Of a stretch of DNA of 52,038 nucleotides, positions 18,547 to 28,408 are shown one piece after another. The notes under the pieces were generated by a model. The model made no database searches. It saw nothing but the letters and a program-made list of their open reading frames with translations, and was not told the origin of the DNA. The position numbers were made by a program, and so were the translations under genes. The stretch's first letter is position 1. The number at the start of each line of letters is the position of its first letter. The stretch is from Nitrospinota bacterium (GTDB lineage: Bacteria > Nitrospinota > Nitrospinia > Nitrospinales > VA-1): assembly GCA_038108555.1 (NCBI GenBank), contig JAYNIA010000011.1, positions 2,420 to 54,457 on the forward strand, written 5' to 3'.

Positions 18547-19530
18547 TTAACAAACAAATTTATTACCCAAGGCAAATTGAGCGGCCCCCAAAAGAGGAGC
18601 TTTGTCATCTAAAATCACTTTTACTGGAATATCGGTTAAAAACTTTTTGAATCTTCCCTTTGACAAAAACGAATCCATAAAAGTACCTTGGCCTAGCAAA
18701 GGTAAAATTTTAGGAGCAATTCCTCCCCCCAAAAACACACCCCCTTTTGACATAAACTGCAAAGCCAGGTTTCCTGCAAGAGCCCCGTAGAGTTCTACAA
18801 AAAGACCCATGGTTTTTTCACAGGCTTCAGATTGACCTTCCATTCCTCGGCGAATTATCTCTGAGGCCAACTTTTCTTTTCCCAACCCTTTTTCCCAATC
18901 CTCCGAGCCTTTTATAGATAAATTTTTTTTGAAAAATTCAAACATATAAATAAGACCAGGCCCCGATACCACCCTTTCAACGCTTACCCGCGAAAATTCT
19001 TTTTGCAGAAAAAATAACAACTTTGTTTCTAATTCATTTCTCGGAGTGAAGTCTGCATGCCCGCCTTCTGAGTCTATTACCTGATATTTATCCCCTGAGA
19101 CTGGAACCAGGAAAGCCTGCCCCAATCCCGTACCGGCTGCAACGACTGAAATTCTACCCGCTTCTTTAGGGGAACCCGCCTGTAGAACGAAAAACGCATC
19201 CTCTTTTAAAAAAGGAGTCGCGCAAGCCATCGCTACCAGATCATTTATTAAAAATACCCTTTTAAAATATTTCTCCAGTTGCTTTTGATCAATCCTCCAG
19301 TCCAGATTGGTCAGTTCACAAGCTCCATTTGAAATTGGGCCGGCAACTCCCAGGCAGGCGATCTCAGGTTTATCCAAACCCTTTTCGAAATACTCATCAA
19401 GGACAGATTCAAAATTGGTATAATTTCTATTTTGAAATCGAGCCTCGCTAACTTTTTCCAATCGGCTTTCTTTTAAATCATATAAAGCTAATAGTGTTTT
19501 TGTCCCTCCAATATCAGCGGCAAGTATCAT
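18547..19530 (-). CDS. glk: Glucokinase
   Basis: ADIGGTKT, GVAGP, LINDL, AGTGLG, SEGGHADF, ERVVSGPGL, GGIAPKI. Confidence 0.93.
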   Translation of the reverse strand: MILAADIGGTKTLLALYDLKESRLEKVSEARFQNRNYTNFESVLDEYFEKGLDKPEIACLGVAGPISNGACELTNLDWRIDQKQLEKYFKRVFLINDLVAMACATPFLKEDAFFVLQAGSPKEAGRISVVAAGTGLGQAFLVPVSGDKYQVIDSEGGHADFTPRNELETKLLFFLQKEFSRVSVERVVSGPGLIYMFEFFKKNLSIKGSEDWEKGLGKEKLASEIIRRGMEGQSEACEKTMGLFVELYGALAGNLALQFMSKGGVFLGGGIAPKILPLLGQGTFMDSFLSKGRFKKFLTDIPVKVILDDKAPLLGAAQFALGNKFVC

Positions 19531-19552
19531 AAACCCATCACCCTGCCATCTT

Positions 19553-20797
19553 CTATTTTAAAAATGAGCGAATTCGATCATCCAACGCATTTTGATCCTT
19601 AGTAAATGACTGCAGCGCAGATTGAGTCATTAAATCATCCAGTGCAATTGAGTCCGGCCAGTTTTCAAGAGCTGGGATTTTTCCATGATCGTAGATTTTC
19701 TTCAATTCATCCTCACTGAAATTATGGAATAAATCCATTTGATGTTTTTTGCAAAACTCTTCCAAATCTGGCCCCTTCATGTCATCCAATCCCGGCTCAT
19801 TCATTAAGGCATCGACAAAAGAGATGAATTGCCCGGGCATTTCCCAAAGTGCAGGAAATCGTTTTGCCAATGGATGACTTGAATCTATCCCAGGGGTAAT
19901 ATCTTCATCCAAATGGGATATAACATCCTCGGGGGCCGCCCCAGACTCCTGATAATCTTTGATCGCTTTGGGGGGAATCGTTAACACATCCAGACCAGCC
20001 AGGAATGCGACCTGTTCACCGTTTCTGACACTGGCACCAATTAATTTGGATCGCACGTCATTATATTTCTCCCGGGCTTCAATCAGGGCATTTTGTGTTG
20101 CCAGCGTTACTTTTTCTCCAACCTTGTCCCCTGATCCCGCTTTATGGTCAATTACCACCTGATTCAAACGACCTAGAAACACATTTACAAAGTCGGGATT
20201 GGATAACCGTGCCGCCAGATAGTTTTGCCGTGCAGAAAATCCAAGGGTAAAATTGATAGGAATATTTTCCTTAGTTAGTTTTCTGACCGCAAGATAGCCT
20301 TCCGGGGTCAAGGGAACCTTGACAATAAAAAACTCCGGACAAACATTAAAATATCTACGTCCAAAGTGGAGGGTACGCTCAATATCCCTTGATACAGCCG
20401 GGTGAAGTTCTACACTGACCTTCACCTTAAACGCCTGCACCAGACGCAAAGCGATCTTACAATTGATTACAAAACCTACTTCCAGGATGAGGTCTTCTTC
20501 CGAAAGCTCCAATCCTTCTTCCTGGATTTTACCGATCGTATCTTCGATGACCTGATCCATTACCCCACTTTGAACCACCTGATTGGCCAAAGTGTTATTC
20601 GTGGTCAGAGCCGTCATTTCCTGCTTCCAGATCTCCTGGGCTTTTTCCAATTCTCCAGTGTCCACCCACACTTCACTTCCAAGGGATTTCAATCTGGCCA
20701 GCAAAGGATCCGATTCAACCTTGGGTGCATCACCAACAATTTTTTCATAAGCCAGAGCATGTAAAACTTCGTCCAGTTTCTGATCCACCGTTTCCAT
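19553..20797 (-). CDS. tal: Transaldolase family protein
   Basis: WVDTG, TTNN, VSVEL, Schiff-base Lys in IVKVPLTPEG, INFTLGFSARQ, VFLGRL, GASVR. Start set to ATG 20797, which follows AAAGGA and avoids overlap with pgi. Confidence 0.85.
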   Translation of the reverse strand: METVDQKLDEVLHALAYEKIVGDAPKVESDPLLARLKSLGSEVWVDTGELEKAQEIWKQEMTALTTNNTLANQVVQSGVMDQVIEDTIGKIQEEGLELSEEDLILEVGFVINCKIALRLVQAFKVKVSVELHPAVSRDIERTLHFGRRYFNVCPEFFIVKVPLTPEGYLAVRKLTKENIPINFTLGFSARQNYLAARLSNPDFVNVFLGRLNQVVIDHKAGSGDKVGEKVTLATQNALIEAREKYNDVRSKLIGASVRNGEQVAFLAGLDVLTIPPKAIKDYQESGAAPEDVISHLDEDITPGIDSSHPLAKRFPALWEMPGQFISFVDALMNEPGLDDMKGPDLEEFCKKHQMDLFHNFSEDELKKIYDHGKIPALENWPDSIALDDLMTQSALQSFTKDQNALDDRIRSFLK

Positions 20798-20810
20798 GTT
20801 CAAATCCTTT

Positions 20811-22112
20811 CTAATAACCCGGTTTATGCAAAAGCTTAAACATATTTTTTTTATAAAATTCCACCCCTGGTTGGTCAAATGGATTGACTCCATTCAAATA
20901 CCCGGTCAGAGCAACCACTATTTCAAAAAAATAAAACAACTGGCCTAAACTCTCGGGGGAACGATCTTTAACGGTAATCGTTTGATTAGGAACGCCACCT
21001 TCTGTATGTGCCAGAGCTGTCCCCTCATACGCCTTGTGATTTACAAAATCCAGGGTCTTTCCGGCGAGGTAGTTTAAACCGTCCGCATCATTTTGGGAAG
21101 CGGGTATTTTCAATTGTCGATTAGAATTTTCTAGTAACAAAAAGGTCTCGAAAATGGTACGCGGACCTTCCTGAATCCACTGCCCCATAGAGTGAAGATC
21201 GGTGGTAAATTCAACGGAGGCGGGTAATAATCCTTTATTCTGCTTCCCTTCACTTTCGCCTGCCAACTGCTTCCACCATTCCGCAAAATGGTGTAAAGCC
21301 GGCTGAAAGGAAGCTAGAATTTCTGTGGTAAAACCCTTTTGATAAAGTAAATGACGAAAGCCGGCATATTGAAGAGCTTCGTTTTTTAGGGTTGAGGGAT
21401 GCAAATAGAGGTTTTCTCCCATATCAGCACCTGCAAGCAAGTTTCCAATATCAATGCCCGCAACCGCCATCGGTAATAGCCCTACAGGAGTTAGAACTGA
21501 GAACCTTCCTCCAACATCATCGGGTATGACAAACTTCCGGTATCCCTGCTCATTTGCCAGAGTATTTAACGCCCCCTTGCTGGCATCCGTGGTCACAACA
21601 ATTCTATCTTTTGCGTTCTCAGGACCATATTTTTTCTCTATCAACTCTTTTAAAAACCGGAAAGCAATTGCAGGTTCGGTTGTAGTACCCGATTTAGAGA
21701 TTACATTCAAACAAACATCACGGCCTTCCAGTAACTCCAAAAGGTCGGAATGATAATCAGAGCTGATATTTTGCCCGGCAAAATAGATTTCCGGACTCCC
21801 CTTTTTTCCCAACTGATTGGAAAAAGAGGATTTTAAAAAAGTAAGGCCTGCCTGTGCCCCCATATAGGAGCCACCTATTCCCACCACAATTAAAATGCTG
21901 CACTGCTCCCGCATAGATTGGGCAACTTCTTCTAATTCACTTCGAAGTGAACTAGATATTTTCGGAGATTTCCAGCCAAGAAAATTCGACCCCGCCCCCG
22001 TTCCCTCTATGAGAGATTTCTGACATTCCTGAAGAGATGGAAGGAGACTTTCCAAATCCTTTTCAGAAATAAATTTCTTTAAGTTGGCATGATCAAGGGA
22101 TAGGTGAGACAT
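20811..22112 (-). CDS. pgi: Glucose-6-phosphate isomerase
   Basis: GIGGSYMG, ISKSGTTTE, VGGRFSVL, QLAGESEGK, DLHSMGQ, PFDQPGVEFYK. Confidence 0.96.
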   Translation of the reverse strand: MSHLSLDHANLKKFISEKDLESLLPSLQECQKSLIEGTGAGSNFLGWKSPKISSSLRSELEEVAQSMREQCSILIVVGIGGSYMGAQAGLTFLKSSFSNQLGKKGSPEIYFAGQNISSDYHSDLLELLEGRDVCLNVISKSGTTTEPAIAFRFLKELIEKKYGPENAKDRIVVTTDASKGALNTLANEQGYRKFVIPDDVGGRFSVLTPVGLLPMAVAGIDIGNLLAGADMGENLYLHPSTLKNEALQYAGFRHLLYQKGFTTEILASFQPALHHFAEWWKQLAGESEGKQNKGLLPASVEFTTDLHSMGQWIQEGPRTIFETFLLLENSNRQLKIPASQNDADGLNYLAGKTLDFVNHKAYEGTALAHTEGGVPNQTITVKDRSPESLGQLFYFFEIVVALTGYLNGVNPFDQPGVEFYKKNMFKLLHKPGY

Positions 22113-22137
22113 ATATTTCCGGAGGGGTGTTATACAA

Positions 22138-22704
22138 TTATTTCTTTAGTTTAGTGAACTTTGAACCTTCTAAGGTAAGGTTATACATTAAGCCTTTTTG
22201 ACCAAAAATAAAGGCGACTATCGGATCTTTTGCATTTGTGGTATCAAGCGAATCTCCCATTCCGAGCTCAATAAGTGCTACAGAACCATCCACACCTGCT
22301 TTCCAGCCTTCACTGTTTCGAAATTCTTTCAAAGCTCCACTTTCCATAAATAAAAGGACAATGCTTTTTGCCTGGGCTCCAAATTGAAAACCAATAGATG
22401 CTGCCATGGTATTGTAGTAATCCACGGTTTTGCCCCCTATTCTCAATGCGCCTTCGCCATATTCTCCTCCCAAACCCAGTCCCGCTTTGATTACTGAGGG
22501 AAAAACAAGAATCCCTTTTGCTTTTTTTGAAAAGGTTTTACTACCAGGAACTTCTTTATAAAACCGCTCCAGTGCGACATCCACACCGACATCAATCTCT
22601 TTTGCCGATGCCGCAAACGAGTTTGAGACCATAAATGTTGCCGCAATTAATGATAGAAACAGTAATAGGAATAACTTTTTTAATTTTGGGGTATGTGATT
22701 TCAA
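22138..22704 (-). CDS. Secreted YSC84/SYLF lipid-binding domain protein
   Basis: Signal peptide; AKGILVFP...KAG..LGGEYGEG, SIGFQFGAQ, GLMYNLTLEGSKF. TTG start after AGGAG. Confidence 0.85.
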   Translation of the reverse strand: MKSHTPKLKKLFLLLFLSLIAATFMVSNSFAASAKEIDVGVDVALERFYKEVPGSKTFSKKAKGILVFPSVIKAGLGLGGEYGEGALRIGGKTVDYYNTMAASIGFQFGAQAKSIVLLFMESGALKEFRNSEGWKAGVDGSVALIELGMGDSLDTTNAKDPIVAFIFGQKGLMYNLTLEGSKFTKLKK

Positions 22705-22837
22705 TTTGAGCTCCTATGAAAAATTCCTATAGAAACTCAAATATACTCTTTCCTAGAGCAAATAATGAGTATTTTTCTTTAAAATTTCCTGTTTAGCTTG
22801 CTTTTCTTCATAAGTAGCAATATTTCAATATTTAACC

Positions 22838-22865
22838 TTTACAAATTAACACTTTCTGTTAATAT
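22838..22865 (+). promoter_or_regulatory. Putative promoter with an overlapping inverted repeat
   Basis: TTTACA-N16-TAATAT with an extended TG; inverted repeat ATTAACA-ctttc-TGTTAAT at 22845-22863. Confidence 0.45.
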
Positions 22866-22930
22866 AAATTAATTCCTTTAAAAAAACGAGTGTGAACTTG
22901 CTGGATAACCATTAACCGGGGGTAAATCAC

Positions 22931-23140
22931 ATGTTTTATGAAACGAAAATCCTGGATGCCTATGGAAACCTGAAAAAGATTATTTCGTGCAAAGAACTGA
23001 AGCGAAGACATTGGGAAAATTACAAAATTATGGAAGAAAATTGTAATGCTTTCGCTAAAACTCCCAGAAAGGGGAAATCGAGGAATGATTCCAAAAATAA
23101 AAAATCAGACCTCGATAATATTGGGGATGAAACTTACTGA
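22931..23140 (+). CDS. Small basic hypothetical protein (69 aa)
   Basis: ATG after a G-rich RBS, downstream of a plausible promoter; fills the gap and ends 1 nt from the clpB stop. Confidence 0.65.
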   Translation: MFYETKILDAYGNLKKIISCKELKRRHWENYKIMEENCNAFAKTPRKGKSRNDSKNKKSDLDNIGDETY

Positions 23141-23141
23141 A

Positions 23142-25778
23142 TCAGACAAGACCCTTGCTAAAAATCAATGAATCATTGTCAGGGCCTGTATTAACTTTTA
23201 TCCGATCGCCATCATGAAAATCCCCTTGAAGGATTTTCATTGAAAGAGGGTCCTGCATATATTTTTGAATGGCTCTTTTAAGAGGGCGTGCGCCAAAAAC
23301 AGGGTCATACCCTTTCTCAGCCAACATTTCCTTAACCTTGTCGCTTAACTCAAGGGACATATTCCTATCAGCCAGACGTTTTTTAAGGTCTTTCAACTGA
23401 ACATCGACAATATCTTGAATTTGACCGCGACTTAGATTTTTAAAAAGGACAATATCATCTACCCTGTTCAGAAACTCCGGACGGAAATGGTTTCGCAGTT
23501 CCTGCCTTACCGCATCCTGAACTTTTTCATATTCTCTTTCCCAAACTTCCTTGGCTTCGTTTTGGTTTTCTCTTTCCAAAGCTTCCAATCCGGACTTCTC
23601 GATAAACTTACTACCAAGGTTGGAAGTCATCAGGATAACCGTATTTTTAAAATCCACAGTTCTGCCTTGCCCATCGGTCAACCTGCCTTCATCTAAAATT
23701 TGCAAGAACAGATTAAACACATCGGCATGGGCTTTTTCTATTTCATCAAACAAAACCACTGTATAAGGTCTTCGACGGACGGCCTCAGTCAACATTCCGC
23801 CTTCTTCATGCCCCACATAACCTGGAGGAGCACCAATCAATCGCGCTATGGAATGCTTTTCCATATACTCAGACATATCCACCCGCACCATGGCCTGCTC
23901 ATCCTGAAATAAGAACTCAGCCAGGGACCGCGCTAGTTGAGTCTTACCTACCCCTGTAGGTCCGAGGAACATGAAACTGCCAATCGGTCTGGCAGGATCC
24001 TGCAAACCTGCCCGGGCACGCCGAATGGAATTGGAAACCAGTCGCACCGCATCATCCTGCCCAACGACTTTCTGATGCAGAACTTTTTCCATCTCCAACA
24101 ATCTCTGTTTCTCTGACTGCATCATTCTTTCCACTGGAATACCTGTCCACCGGGAAACAATACGCGAAACATCCTCTTCGCCTACTTCTTCATTCAATAA
24201 CTTTTCTTTATTGTCTTCCTGTTCCAGAGTTTCTTCTAATTTCTCCAATTCACGGGTCAAACGGGGCAACGTGCCGTACTTTAATTCCGCAGCCTCTTCG
24301 AGCCGCCCTTCCCTCTCTGCATTTTCGTTTTCCTGGGTGGCTTTTTGAATCTGTTCTTTCAACGCCCGTTTTTCACCGATAATTTTTTTCTCACGTTTCC
24401 ATTGCTCCTTTAAAAATGAGCATTTTTCATTGACCTCTAATACTTCCTTCTCCAGAGTCTCCAATCGGACACGAGATTCTTTATCATTTTCCTTCTTTAG
24501 CGCTTCACGTTCGATTTCCAGTTGCGTGATTTTCCGTTGCAGCTCATCAATTTCTGCTGGCATGGAATCAATTTGCATTTTCAGGCAGGAAGCTGCCTCA
24601 TCAATAAGGTCAATCGCTTTATCCGGAAGAAAACGGTCTGTAATATAACGCTGTGAAAGTCTGGCAGCGGCAAGGATAGCGGCATCCTGAATTCGCACCC
24701 CATGATGCACTTCGTATTTTCCCTTCAGTCCCCGCAAAATGGATACCGTATCTTCTACACTGGGTTCCCCAACTGGCACAGGTTGAAAACGACGTTCCAG
24801 CGCGGCATCTTTTTCAATGTAATTGCGATATTCATTCAAGGTGGTGGCACCCACACAATGCAACTCACCCCTTGCTAGAGCAGGCTTTAACATATTGGAA
24901 GCATCCATGGAACCTTCTGCCGAACCAGCCCCCACCAGAGTATGCAACTCATCTATAAAAAGTATAATTTCACCTGCAGCGGCACTTATTTCTTTCAAAA
25001 CGGACTTTAATCGGTCTTCAAACTCGCCTCTGTATTTTGCTCCAGCTACAAGTTGAGCCAGATCTAAAGATAAAATCCTCTTATCAAGCAATCCCTCCGG
25101 GACATCCTTATGGCAAACCCTTTGCGCCAACCCTTCAATAATCGCGGTCTTACCTACTCCAGGCTCACCAATGAGGACAGGATTATTTTTTGTACGCCGT
25201 GACAAAACCTGTATGACCCTGCGAATTTCTCCATCCCTACCAATCACCGGATCAAGTTTTCCAGCTCGTGCTGCTTTTGTCAGGTCGACACAATATTTGT
25301 CAAGAACCTGATACTTGCTTTCAGGGTCCTGGTCTGTCACTCTTTGACTTCCTCGTAATGATTGCAATCCTTTCAACAAAGCATCATAGGTCAGACCGAA
25401 GGATTTAAACAAACCTTTGGTCTTCTTGTGATTTGACATGGCAAGCATAAAATGCTCAGCACTAATAAATTCATCCTGCATTTTTCGGGATTCCTCTTCG
25501 GCTTTCAATCCAACTTCATTCAGAGTCTCCGAAATATAGTTTTTTCCACCGCCCGAAACCCGAGGATAATTTTTAACCGTTTCTTGCAGTTTTGCCATCA
25601 GCGAGTTTGGATCGACACCCACTTTCTTAAGCAGAGCCGGGGTAATCCCATCCTTATCTTGAACAAGGGAAATCAATAAATGCTCGCATTCAATGGCCTG
25701 ATGGCCTTCCTTGGCGCACAAGCTTTGGGAATTGGAAAAAGCTTCCTGCAATTTAATTGTCATTTGTTCAAAACGCAT
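23142..25778 (-). CDS. clpB: Chaperone ClpB
   Basis: Clp N-domain, two AAA modules ([16 protein letters not shown]), long coiled-coil middle domain, [26 protein letters not shown]. Confidence 0.98.
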   Translation of the reverse strand: MRFEQMTIKLQEAFSNSQSLCAKEGHQAIECEHLLISLVQDKDGITPALLKKVGVDPNSLMAKLQETVKNYPRVSGGGKNYISETLNEVGLKAEEESRKMQDEFISAEHFMLAMSNHKKTKGLFKSFGLTYDALLKGLQSLRGSQRVTDQDPESKYQVLDKYCVDLTKAARAGKLDPVIGRDGEIRRVIQVLSRRTKNNPVLIGEPGVGKTAIIEGLAQRVCHKDVPEGLLDKRILSLDLAQLVAGAKYRGEFEDRLKSVLKEISAAAGEIILFIDELHTLVGAGSAEGSMDASNMLKPALARGELHCVGATTLNEYRNYIEKDAALERRFQPVPVGEPSVEDTVSILRGLKGKYEVHHGVRIQDAAILAAARLSQRYITDRFLPDKAIDLIDEAASCLKMQIDSMPAEIDELQRKITQLEIEREALKKENDKESRVRLETLEKEVLEVNEKCSFLKEQWKREKKIIGEKRALKEQIQKATQENENAEREGRLEEAAELKYGTLPRLTRELEKLEETLEQEDNKEKLLNEEVGEEDVSRIVSRWTGIPVERMMQSEKQRLLEMEKVLHQKVVGQDDAVRLVSNSIRRARAGLQDPARPIGSFMFLGPTGVGKTQLARSLAEFLFQDEQAMVRVDMSEYMEKHSIARLIGAPPGYVGHEEGGMLTEAVRRRPYTVVLFDEIEKAHADVFNLFLQILDEGRLTDGQGRTVDFKNTVILMTSNLGSKFIEKSGLEALERENQNEAKEVWEREYEKVQDAVRQELRNHFRPEFLNRVDDIVLFKNLSRGQIQDIVDVQLKDLKKRLADRNMSLELSDKVKEMLAEKGYDPVFGARPLKRAIQKYMQDPLSMKILQGDFHDGDRIKVNTGPDNDSLIFSKGLV

Positions 25779-25816
25779 ATCGACACCTCACTGATTTTTT
25801 TTGGCCTACTTAATTT

Positions 25817-25845
25817 AGATAAAATCGGAAATTCAGGTTGTCAAG
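25817..25845 (-). promoter_or_regulatory. Putative clpB promoter (heat-shock sigma-like)
   Basis: Minus strand reads CTTGACA...TTTATCT, resembling CTTG-N17/18-CYTATNT RpoH-type promoters, about 40 nt upstream of clpB. Confidence 0.4.
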
Positions 25846-25921
25846 CACCGCCCTAATAATTAAGATTAAATGCTACAATCTAATCAAATTTTTTAACCAT
25901 TTCGGAATTAGACTGAAAATT

Positions 25922-27358
25922 ATGGGCCGGGAAATTTCTTCCACCGATTTTACTGAAAACGATTTTAAAGAATTCGAAAAAAGACTTCGAAACGAAAGCC
26001 TGATTCTCCGTCATTGGTTTGAAGAAGGAGACCTTGAAGATTCGGAGGGGCTTTGCGGCTTTGAATTAGAGGCCTGGCTGGTCGATCAGGACCTAAACCC
26101 TGCCCCAAGAAACGAAGAGTTTCTTCAGCGTGTTAACAATCCTTTAGTCGTTCCCGAACTTGCAAAATTTAATGTAGAAATAAATAGCACTCCACATCCC
26201 ATCCAAGGGAATTTGCTGAGTTCCATGAAAAAGGAGTTAACCAAAGTATGGAGCCTTTGTGAAAAGCATGCAGAAGAAATGGGCATTGGTGTTCTTGCTA
26301 TTGGCATTCACCCCAAGCTTCAGGATGAATTTTTGAAGATTGCAAATATGACCCCAATGAAGAGGTACATGGCCCTAAACCAACAGGTTTTAAAATTACG
26401 GGACGATAAACCCCTCAATTTAAATATCGAAGGCCGCGAAAATCTCCAGATTCAACATAGAGATGTAATGCTTGAGGCGACAATCACTTCTCTACAAATT
26501 CACCTGCAGGTTTCCCCTAAGTTGGCGGCCAGACATTATAATATCTCGCAGATTTTATCTGCTCCAATGGTGGCAGTAACTGCAAACTCACCCTTTTTAT
26601 TTGGTAAAGAATTGTGGGACGAAACTCGAATTCCCGTTTTTGAACAATCCGTTGAAGTCGCCAGTTTTAGGGATAGACAGGGAGACCAAATTGGGCGGGT
26701 ACATTTTGGAACGGGGCTTCTAAAAGATTCTCTTTTCGAACCCTTTCTTGAAAACCTGGATGGTTTTCCGGTGTTGCTTCCTCTTGTCACGGACGATGAT
26801 CCCAGCTGGTTAAATCATCTCAGACTCCATAATGGAACTATTTGGCGTTGGAACCGGCCTTTGATAGGACTAGACAAACATGGCAAACCTCATCTACGCA
26901 TCGAACACCGGGTAAACTCTTCGGGACCCAGCATTACCGATACTATTGCAAACATAGCTTTTTATGTGGGATTGGATCGATATTTCATTTCGCAGGAAGA
27001 ACCTTTGGAATCCACTTTTTCATTCAAAAATATTAAAGAAAATTTTTACAACGCGGCTCGATATGGATTCAATTCCAAAATAAAATGGAAAAAAGGCAAA
27101 CTCCTTTCAATGCAAAGTTTACTGACTGAAATTCTCATCCCTGCAGCCAGAAAAGGCCTGCAAATTTATGGGGTCGATAAAAATGATATCGCCTTTTATA
27201 TCGATGAAATAATTTCTAATCGCGTGCTCTCTATGAGAAATGGAGCGAACTGGCAACGATCATTTATTTCCAAATCAGGAAGAAACTTTCATGCAATGAC
27301 TCAATCTTATTATGAGAACCAAAAACAAGATATACCTGTGCACTTATGGAAGGTGTAA
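25922..27358 (+). CDS. Glutamate--cysteine ligase family 2 (GCS2)-like carboxylate-amine ligase
   Basis: GFELEAWLVD, ELAKFNVEIN, TSLQIHLQV, ANSPFLFG..LWDETRIP, HNGTIWRWNRP, HLRIEHR. Start set to ATG 25922 (MGREI). Confidence 0.85.
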   Translation: MGREISSTDFTENDFKEFEKRLRNESLILRHWFEEGDLEDSEGLCGFELEAWLVDQDLNPAPRNEEFLQRVNNPLVVPELAKFNVEINSTPHPIQGNLLSSMKKELTKVWSLCEKHAEEMGIGVLAIGIHPKLQDEFLKIANMTPMKRYMALNQQVLKLRDDKPLNLNIEGRENLQIQHRDVMLEATITSLQIHLQVSPKLAARHYNISQILSAPMVAVTANSPFLFGKELWDETRIPVFEQSVEVASFRDRQGDQIGRVHFGTGLLKDSLFEPFLENLDGFPVLLPLVTDDDPSWLNHLRLHNGTIWRWNRPLIGLDKHGKPHLRIEHRVNSSGPSITDTIANIAFYVGLDRYFISQEEPLESTFSFKNIKENFYNAARYGFNSKIKWKKGKLLSMQSLLTEILIPAARKGLQIYGVDKNDIAFYIDEIISNRVLSMRNGANWQRSFISKSGRNFHAMTQSYYENQKQDIPVHLWKV

Positions 27359-28383
27359 TGACTCAACCTAATATTTACAAAAATCTTCCTGATCATTTTC
27401 TGGATTGTCCAGCCAATAGGCTTATTGACATATTCAATGGCCCCAGCCTTATCCATTTAAAAGGGAAAATTGACAAACCTATTTTTCTGGCAACTTTATT
27501 ACATGGAAACGAGCCCACGGGTCTTCGTGCCATTCAAAAGTTTTTAAAAAACTATTTCAAAAATGGTCAATTAGAAACTCTTCCGCAGAGTCTTATTCTA
27601 TTCATCGGCAATGTACAGGCAGCCCAACAAAACCTTAGACTTTTACCGGGTCAAACGGATTTCAATCGGATATGGAATGGAGGTGGGTCTACGGAGCATA
27701 AAATGGCTCAGTCAGTTATTGATTATGCCAAAAAACATAATACGTTTCTTAGTGTGGATATTCATAACACATCAGGCAAAAACCCCCATTACGGTTGCGT
27801 CAACCTTTTGGATTCTAAAAGTGTAAGCCTGGCACAATTATTTAGCCCCACCTTAATTTATTTCACTGAGCCACATGAAGTGTTTTCATTGGCATTTTCG
27901 AAGTTTTGCCCATCAATAACTATTGAAGCAGGCAAACCCGATGACCCAAACGGCGAGCCTCATGTCCTCGATTTCATAAAAAAGTTATTCAAGCTAAAAT
28001 CCATTCCTGACACCTTTGACCATGAAAAAATAAAAATTTTTCACAGTATGGCTCGAATCAAAATTCCAAATGGAAGCCGTATAGGATTTCATAACCAATG
28101 TAATAAAACAGACTTTTGCTTTCCGGAACACTTGGATTCAATGAACTTCAAAGAGTTTCCTGCAAACACGTTATTAGGTTGGAGAAACAACCCTGATTTA
28201 AATTTGATTGTTCTGGATGAGAATAATAAAAATGTTGAAGAAAATTATCTAGATTATGTTGGAAAGGAAATTCGTTTAAAACGCCCCGTTTTACCTTCTA
28301 TGATTTCCACCGATGAAAAAATTGTACTTCAGGATTGCCTGGGATATTTAATGGAACCCTATCCCTTACCCAAAAATCTATAG
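27358..28383 (+). CDS. M14 metallocarboxypeptidase-like / succinylglutamate desuccinylase-aspartoacylase family protein
   Basis: Zn ligands in LLHGNE and VDIHN, DFNR, catalytic Glu in ITIEAG. TAATG stop/start overlap with the GCS2 gene. Confidence 0.85.
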   Translation: MTQPNIYKNLPDHFLDCPANRLIDIFNGPSLIHLKGKIDKPIFLATLLHGNEPTGLRAIQKFLKNYFKNGQLETLPQSLILFIGNVQAAQQNLRLLPGQTDFNRIWNGGGSTEHKMAQSVIDYAKKHNTFLSVDIHNTSGKNPHYGCVNLLDSKSVSLAQLFSPTLIYFTEPHEVFSLAFSKFCPSITIEAGKPDDPNGEPHVLDFIKKLFKLKSIPDTFDHEKIKIFHSMARIKIPNGSRIGFHNQCNKTDFCFPEHLDSMNFKEFPANTLLGWRNNPDLNLIVLDENNKNVEENYLDYVGKEIRLKRPVLPSMISTDEKIVLQDCLGYLMEPYPLPKNL

Positions 28384-28408
28384 TTCCTACTAATAATATG
28401 GAAACTTA

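Noticed and set aside
20798..20893. Long N-terminal extensions in the ORF track (tal; also GCS2 from 25838, FGE to 31244, aminotransferase to 35036, gpx to 39755, ptsI from 46501)
   Set aside because: They overlap neighbouring genes or promoter regions, and downstream ATGs fit the family N-termini better.
25780..25920. CIRCE/HrcA operator upstream of clpB
   Set aside because: No TTAGCACTC-N9-GAGTGCTAA match was found.
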